Assembly: GCA_044225505.1 (NCBI GenBank)
Contig: JBGAIN010000036.1
Span: 1 to 53,565 of the forward strand
Length of the DNA: 53,565 bases
Direction of reading: 5' to 3'
DNA from: Limisphaerales bacterium
GTDB lineage: Bacteria > Verrucomicrobiota > Verrucomicrobiia > Limisphaerales > SIBE01
Positions 47,529-53,565 of the stretch are shown here, piece by piece; positions within the stretch are counted from its first letter, which is position 1; every line of letters starts with the position of its first letter. The notes beneath the pieces are model-generated. The model was not told the DNA's origin. It made no database searches and worked only from the letters and a program-made list of their open reading frames with translations. The position numbers and the translations under genes are program-made.

Positions 47529-48950
47529 TTATTCAGAGCGCTTCCCTGCGGCCAGGTGAAGCGCCTCCAGATGAGCGTTCAATTCTGTCATTTGGCTCAC
47601 TAACAAGGTCCACGGTTCGTCTTTCAGATTGACTAAGCCGTAGTTGCTATTCTCGCCGTCAAATCGACCTTCGGCCGGCTCATCGGCGTATTCAAACCAA
47701 TGGTATCCAACACTGAAAGGAAGCTGCAGCAGCGCCGTCACGTAACTCGCGAAGTGGTTCGCCCGATCCCGCTGCGTGGCGACAGGTTTTCCCGCACCTT
47801 TGGTATTTGGAAGCCCGGAATCCTGGGCTTTGAAGGCGAATTCCGTTAGTGCAACGGGCTTGCCAGTGAGACGGTAGAGCCGTTGCAACTCCTGGATCGG
47901 CGGCGCCACGCCATAGTTGTTGTAGGAAACAAGGTCGACAAATGGGCTCATTGACTCCATGACTGGCTCCGGAGCGTAACCGGCAAACCGACAGCCTAGA
48001 ATCATGTGATTAGTGTCGACGGCGCGGATGGCCTCGTGGCAGACGCGGAAATACGCTGTGGCATAGGCCTTGAGAAAATGACGTTCCACCGCCTGGGCGG
48101 GCGCATTCGTCCAGATCGTCAAGTCCAGGCTGCCCAGATCGTCCCAACCCGACATCGAAGTGCCCCAAGCTTTGTTGAAGGATTCGATGTCGGGCCAGAC
48201 CGAGTGCACTGACCGCAGAGCTGCCTGTTTGCCCGGCCGTTGCGTGGGAAGTGACAGAAAATCCTGGAACAGAGTCTTCTTCGATCGCCAGTCCGCTGCC
48301 CAGCGCAACTCATTGTCGGTAAAATAGCCGAGCAAGAATGGATCCTGGACGTGAGGTTTGCAGAGCTTTTCCGCCTGTTGACGAACCGCGAGCGCAAATT
48401 CGGGTGAGAACACGTCGGCGACTTCGCCGTTGAGCCAATTGGCACCCGCATTCGCTGCGAGATTTAAGACCGGGGTATAAGGCATCTGCTGCTCCGCCAT
48501 CACTGGCGACGACCATGCGCCCACCGTATTGAGTCCCCAACTCCTGAGCCGTTGCGCAGCCACCGCCGCCCATTTGGGAGCGGAGCCGTACGTTTGACTT
48601 ACTTGGCGTCCATAGGGCGAGTATCCCAGTGCGGGCGAGTGGTCTCCTGCGTAATTGATGTTATTGACGCCTTTGGAGAGGAACACGTTTCCCTCAGGCG
48701 TGATCAACCACCAAACGCCGTTGAGTTGTTCGACATGGAAGTAACCCGTTTGACCTCCCTGGAGTGATCTCCATCCCCCAAACCGATCCCGCGCTGCGCC
48801 AAGAACGGTAGCGCCGCTGCCGCCGCCAAATAACGCAACCAACAACAGAATCACGCCTGCGTTGCGCAAGGCCCGTCCCGAGTGCCGAAGTGGGACAGAC
48901 GCTTTGAGTCGCAACCAGCCGCTCGTCAGGATTTCGGTCTTTAGTTTCAT
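47529..48950 (-). CDS. Secreted glycoside hydrolase, beta-agarase (GH50)-like TIM barrel
   Basis: DRFGGW, TGYFHVEQ..WWLITPEG, RLRSWGLNTVGAWS, GYFTDNEL, NHMILGCRF, TEF, VGYHWF, DGENSNYGLV. ATG at 48950. Confidence 0.8.
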   Translation of the reverse strand: MKLKTEILTSGWLRLKASVPLRHSGRALRNAGVILLLVALFGGGSGATVLGAARDRFGGWRSLQGGQTGYFHVEQLNGVWWLITPEGNVFLSKGVNNINYAGDHSPALGYSPYGRQVSQTYGSAPKWAAVAAQRLRSWGLNTVGAWSSPVMAEQQMPYTPVLNLAANAGANWLNGEVADVFSPEFALAVRQQAEKLCKPHVQDPFLLGYFTDNELRWAADWRSKKTLFQDFLSLPTQRPGKQAALRSVHSVWPDIESFNKAWGTSMSGWDDLGSLDLTIWTNAPAQAVERHFLKAYATAYFRVCHEAIRAVDTNHMILGCRFAGYAPEPVMESMSPFVDLVSYNNYGVAPPIQELQRLYRLTGKPVALTEFAFKAQDSGLPNTKGAGKPVATQRDRANHFASYVTALLQLPFSVGYHWFEYADEPAEGRFDGENSNYGLVNLKDEPWTLLVSQMTELNAHLEALHLAAGKRSE

Positions 48951-49459
48951 GGGATTGACTTTCCTTTGGGCGTCGGCAAAAAGACGCATCGAACCCGGCG
49001 CTCGTAGCCGAATTGCCCTTTCTGAGGTTCCCACTCGGGACTGACGGAAAGAAGTTGGACCACGCGGTCGACGCGCACGGCGGCATCGTCGCCGGTTTCT
49101 AAAATCGCCATCTGCCCACTCGTTCCATCGGTGCATCCCCAAAACGACATACAAATGCCGTGGCCGCCGTAGGCGATCAGGCGCATCGGTTCAACCGTCT
49201 GGTCGTCGACCGGATAGGAAATTCCTTCATTCATGGGAAGAACTACATAGTCGCCCCTCTTGGAAGCAAACGGGAGAGGAAAGCCAATGGAGGCTGGCAA
49301 ATCTCCCTCTCCCTGCAGCGCGACCGAGAGTTCCGGGCGAACTGGGTCTAACTCGAGCGTCGCTGGAAACGGCGACGGACGGTCGCCCTGAGCCCACGGG
49401 CTGACCGAACGCGGGATGAAACGAACCGTGACGTTAGCTGTTAGAGCAGAGTGCCACAT
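48947..49459 (-). pseudogene. Probable fragment of a larger glycoside hydrolase gene (supersandwich domain only)
   Basis: 170 aa with YVVLPMNEGISYPVD, GGHGICMSFWG, MAILETGDDA, WEPQKGQFGY; no signal peptide and no catalytic barrel. It could instead be a real small protein. Confidence 0.5.
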
Positions 49460-51621
49460 TAATTCCTAAAAAGATCGAAGATGCGCAACTCTCGTGGGTC
49501 CGAGCTCTTTTCGTAGGCGTGCAAGACCGCGTCCAACCCGTCCGCAAGGCGAGTCGCCGTCTGAACGTAGAGACGGTTAGCGGCCACTCGAGCAGGTTCG
49601 GACAGGACGGTGACACTTGCAGATTGGCCGCGCGAATGGCGTTCCAGTGTCACCCGAATGGCGGCCCGAGCCAACCGCACGTGCGCAGCAGGATAACCGT
49701 CTCCCAGGTTCGCTTGTTCCAAACGCTTGAGAAACTTCTCCATCCGATCGTAACGAACGACCAACAGGGCGAGGTCGCTATCGGTCTGTGACGGAGTCCG
49801 AGAGAACTCCTCGTCCTTTGCGGCCGACTGGACGCGCGGACTCAACATCCGCTCTAGATCGTCTTGGCTCAACACTGGGCTGTTACTCAAAGCAATGACC
49901 AGTTCCGCTCGTTCCGGCAGCGAGTCATAGGGCAAGGCAACAGACGCCTGATCATGTTGTTTCCAAGCCTTGCCATTGATGAAAACGGACTTAACGCCCC
50001 CTTGGCCGCGGGTGGCGATATAAATGCGTTTCGTTCCAAACCGAATGGGAAAGTGTTGCTCCAACTCCGTCATACCAGGGGGGACGTGTGGCACGATGGT
50101 GAGTGTATCCGCGGAGTAGAGATATTCGAATAAACCCCTAACCAAGGCGGCCGGGGGACCAAACGCATCGTAGGTGAGATTGATCGGTTCACGAGGTTGG
50201 TAGACTTCGGCGCCACACTTAACGAGAGGGTTGTCCATGCGAAAGCGCCGCGCAAACTCGAGGAGATGTTTCATGGATCGCCGCACGTCTTCGAAGTAGC
50301 CGAATCGGTAGTAAGCCAGGATCATTCGGGCTTCACACGTCGACCAATGCCCGCCATTCACCCACGTGCCATACTCCCAAAGGCCCTCCGGCTTCTCGTA
50401 CAAGTCATCGTAGGAAGGATAGTTCGGGAGGATGAACTGGTGCGGGCGCAAGCCTGGGATCGCCGTCATCTTTCTCAAGATCTTCTCCGCTTGCGCATCG
50501 TTGACCACGCGAAAGCAGACTGCATCGTGATTGGGGGAAGCCTCAAAATATCCATGGCGCGGCGCCTCGAAGACACCGTGCCGGGTCCCATCAGGATCCA
50601 ACGATCGAATCAAGTAGCCATCCTCAGTAGTCAGCAAGCTCAAGCCCGACTTGGCGGACGCCTGCTGTTGCGCGTAGGTGGTGGCTCGCTCGGTCCGCCC
50701 AGCCAGTTTCTCGAGTTCGATCAACCGGTCGAGGGCCGCGATGTAAGTGACGGACAGACCCGTCAAATAAGCTCGATCATAGGAACCGTCCGGGCGCTTC
50801 CAGCCCGAGTAACTGGGAGCGAGCAGGTTGCCAGCGGGTCCAGCCAGGAAGAGCTGATTCGTGGGATTACGCCGTGTTTCAATAAACGCAGCGCACCTCT
50901 CGAGCCGCGGCAAGTTCTTTTGCAGTGATCGAGTGTCACGTTGGATCAGAAGAAACTCGGCTTGCAAGAGCAACCCAGCCGCCGTGAACTCCATGCCCCA
51001 ATCATGAATCGCCGTTCGACCATCGCCCTGCTTGTAAACTATCCACCCTGGCCGAGCGGCGTCGCAAAGGCATCCATCCGGTGCTACCCAATTGAAGGGC
51101 GGCGCCGCACCCGTCCGCTTGCCATCGCCCATTTGGCTAAACCAAAGTTCGTGAGAATTCTCGATAAAGGTAACGAACGGTTCTTCTAAGAACGGAAGAG
51201 CGCCATAGGTTGTCCCATAACTATTTTGAATCCACCACGCATCCCAGGTCGGCCCTTCCACCAAGCCGTTCCAAGAAGGCATATACAGCATCGCAACGTT
51301 TTGAAACTCCGGGTCCGGAGCGAACATACGGCGAGCGGTGTCCAGCAGTTCCAGATATTCCTTGTCTCCCGATCCGGAAAAGTAATTCCCGTCGAACCGC
51401 GTGGCTTCAGCCGCTCGAATGGATGGGAATGCCTGAGCGAGCAGGAAGCTGACAAGAACAGCGAGGTTGAGAACCCCCTTTCGCGTCGATTCCCCCAAAC
51501 CACGGCGTTGTAGGTTGTCAATTTTCACAGATTCAGATATATGTGGTCGTTCGGCCCAGCGTCGGCCGACCATGGGAGCGGAAGCTCGCCGCCCGTTTAG
51601 GGCGTGCTCATTTCCACTCAT
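49459..51621 (-). CDS. Secreted six-hairpin glycosidase-like protein
   Basis: Signal-like segment (VLVSFLLAQAFPSIRA), WVNGGHW, PPAALVRGLF..LTIVPHVP, SVFINGK. The true start may be downstream of 51621. Confidence 0.65.
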   Translation of the reverse strand: MSGNEHALNGRRASAPMVGRRWAERPHISESVKIDNLQRRGLGESTRKGVLNLAVLVSFLLAQAFPSIRAAEATRFDGNYFSGSGDKEYLELLDTARRMFAPDPEFQNVAMLYMPSWNGLVEGPTWDAWWIQNSYGTTYGALPFLEEPFVTFIENSHELWFSQMGDGKRTGAAPPFNWVAPDGCLCDAARPGWIVYKQGDGRTAIHDWGMEFTAAGLLLQAEFLLIQRDTRSLQKNLPRLERCAAFIETRRNPTNQLFLAGPAGNLLAPSYSGWKRPDGSYDRAYLTGLSVTYIAALDRLIELEKLAGRTERATTYAQQQASAKSGLSLLTTEDGYLIRSLDPDGTRHGVFEAPRHGYFEASPNHDAVCFRVVNDAQAEKILRKMTAIPGLRPHQFILPNYPSYDDLYEKPEGLWEYGTWVNGGHWSTCEARMILAYYRFGYFEDVRRSMKHLLEFARRFRMDNPLVKCGAEVYQPREPINLTYDAFGPPAALVRGLFEYLYSADTLTIVPHVPPGMTELEQHFPIRFGTKRIYIATRGQGGVKSVFINGKAWKQHDQASVALPYDSLPERAELVIALSNSPVLSQDDLERMLSPRVQSAAKDEEFSRTPSQTDSDLALLVVRYDRMEKFLKRLEQANLGDGYPAAHVRLARAAIRVTLERHSRGQSASVTVLSEPARVAANRLYVQTATRLADGLDAVLHAYEKSSDPRELRIFDLFRN

Positions 51622-53243
51622 ACGACCACGCCCGCGCCCCTACGGTCATCGGTCGGTCGTTCAATTGCACAGACGCCACTTCCGAACGGAAGTTCTCCAC
51701 CACCACGCTGCCATCCGCATAAAGGTAAAGTCCCACCTGGGCAGGAGCGTCGAAGCGCACGCCGAAAGGCTTTAGGAGCGGAGCTCGCAGGCTGTTCAAC
51801 TCCGTAAGCGGCATTGCCAGGAGCGTTTTAGGATCCCCTTTGACCGCCAATGTGTAAACGTTGGCGGCTTTCATCCATGCGCTCTCGCGTAGCGCGTTCG
51901 CTAGTCCATCCGTCATTAGCACTGGTTTTCCTGCGGACACGAACTTCTCTAGTTTCACCAACAGATTCGAATCTTTCAACGCATGCACGGAAAAGAATGC
52001 GGCAGACGCATTAGTGGGGAACTCGTGGCACGGCACCAATGGGAAACCGAGCATCCCTATGAAATCAAAAATGCGTGCCTCAGTCCCAGGGGGACTGTTT
52101 GCGGGTTTGTAGGCCGCAAGCCCGACCGGTTTTCGAGCTTGAACTTCCACGGCCACCTCCAAGAGCTCACGGTACTGACGACGAAATGCCTCAAGGTTCT
52201 TAGGACCAGTCGTCCCCAGAAGTCCGCCATAGCAGAATAGCATCGATTCCTTGGCACCGCCCAGCACCGTTTGTCGCGCTTGTTCAAGATAAGTCTGCTC
52301 GGTGGTTCCGAGCCAATCGTACCAACCGCCACCGCACTTGGCCCCGCCGATGCCGCCCAACCAGCGCATGATGAAATAGGATTCAAATGCCGGCGTCCCT
52401 CCCCATTTCGGATCCTGGTAATCGCGAGACTCCGTTCCGACCCAGATCTGGTCGAAATCAGTGGTCTCGCGAAGCACATCGTAGCCGCGTTCGTGAAAAC
52501 GATCGTACCATTGCGGGAACTTAATAATGAGTTGTACTTTGGGATTCACTTTTTTCGCGGCGGTCAGCACCAAGCGCCGCGAGATTTGCACCATCAGCTC
52601 GGAGCGATAGTCCTCCCACGTGTTGCCGCTCACTGGAAAAGAGTCTGCACCGACTCGCACTTTCTTCTCTTGGCGCGCGGAGTCGCATTCCGCACACGCA
52701 CAGTCCGTGAACCAGAAATCATCAATCATGATCTCGTCGAACAAGCCCGCAGCGAATTCAAACATGGTTCGCACTTTGGCTTGCGTCGTTGCATCCGTAT
52801 AACAGGAGATTACATTCTTCCACCCGGTCGAAGATTTCCCGACTTGAGTCGGAGTAATGCAGCCTGAGGTCAGGAAGCCAGCTTGTGCAAACTGGGCCTT
52901 GGCTTTCAAGAGGGTTGCCCGATCGGCTTGGTACCCATCGCGGAATTCCTCAAGATAGACCTTGGTTAAACCGTTCTCTTTGCACCAACTGATTGCCTTT
53001 TGCAGGCCCGGCGCGGCGTGCCAAAGTCCAGAGGGCGGAATCATTGCCGCTGCCCGATGGGTTTTCTACGGCAGCACCCCAAGCGGTGACGATTCCGGTT
53101 ACGGCCAGAAGAAATCCCCATTGCCAAACGCGACGAACGCTCGCCTCAGAGCTGATTTTGGCTTTGGTGTGCGCTACGCTGGCATTCGCCGTTCTAGAAT
53201 GGAGTGATGGAGCTTGAGAAAGTTGCTGAGGCGCGAATTGCAT
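51608..53243 (-). pseudogene. Secreted glycosidase-like TIM-barrel protein, apparently frameshifted near 53010
   Basis: The body is ORF 51608..53044 (KVYLE, DEIMIDDF, IIKFPQWYD, IWVGTESRD). The signal peptide and RBS-linked start lie in another frame (ORF 52950..53246). Confidence 0.55.
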
Positions 53244-53329
53244 CAACCTGAATCCTGAAGGATCCTAGCAAAGGTTAGCCTTGACCTGCATCAACGGCAA
53301 CACAGCGAGAGATCAGAGGTAGCCGCTTG

Positions 53330-53565
53330 TCAATCCCCGGCACTGAACCCGGCAGTCACCTCGATTTCCACCTTGGCATCGATTCGTTCTTGCGGCTCCA
53401 AATGGAGGCACGTTCCAGCGGCTGAAGACTCGGCCAGCGACAGAGTCGGGGTCGTGCATGGCTCCAGGATGAGCACTTCCAAATCGCGCCATCCCCCAAA
53501 CGAAGCGAAGACCCAGACCGAGCGAAAGATCTCTTTCGGAAATTTCATTCGGAAACTCCAGCCTT
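53330..53565 (-). CDS. C-terminal part of a galactose mutarotase-like protein, truncated by the window edge
   Basis: FPKEIFRSVWVFASFGGWR...LILEPCT; the frame runs to the window end. Confidence 0.55.
   Translation of the reverse strand, partial: GWSFRMKFPKEIFRSVWVFASFGGWRDLEVLILEPCTTPTLSLAESSAAGTCLHLEPQERIDAKVEIEVTAGFSAGD

Overview
Gene-dense, moderately GC-rich bacterial chromosomal window with about 36 CDS. A PVC-superphylum origin, most likely Verrucomicrobiota, is inferred from the gene families present: a DUF1559 prepilin-like gene, a CRTAC1/ASPIC gene, ECF sigma factors with long extensions or a paired Ser/Thr kinase, DUF4838, and a Tat-exported Gfo/Idh/MocA protein. I saw no rRNA, tRNA, CRISPR array, transposase or integrase. 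Recognisable core genes are eda, uvrD/pcrA, pyruvate:ferredoxin oxidoreductase (PFOR), dnaA (without adjacent dnaN) and glnB-glnA. The best candidates for undescribed systems are: (1) a minus-strand redox cluster divergent from PFOR, running Rieske, fused cytochrome b/diheme c, membrane-anchored pentaheme-TPR protein, CRTAC1-like propeller, diheme cytochrome c peroxidase; (2) a signalling island (GYF_2-cNMP protein, Hanks kinase with a Wzz-like ectodomain, ECF sigma) bracketed by two related 17-bp palindromes and an 11-bp phased repeat; (3) an ECF sigma factor fused to a pilin-like ectodomain, followed by a stand-alone protein with a similar ectodomain; (4) a HAD phosphatase / DHS-like / HldE-like kinase operon; (5) an orphan UreF-like gene next to an SSS transporter and a C-N hydrolase. 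Three genes look truncated or frameshifted: a UdgX remnant, a glycosidase fragment and a TIM-barrel gene. All family calls come from reading motifs by eye; no database search was run.
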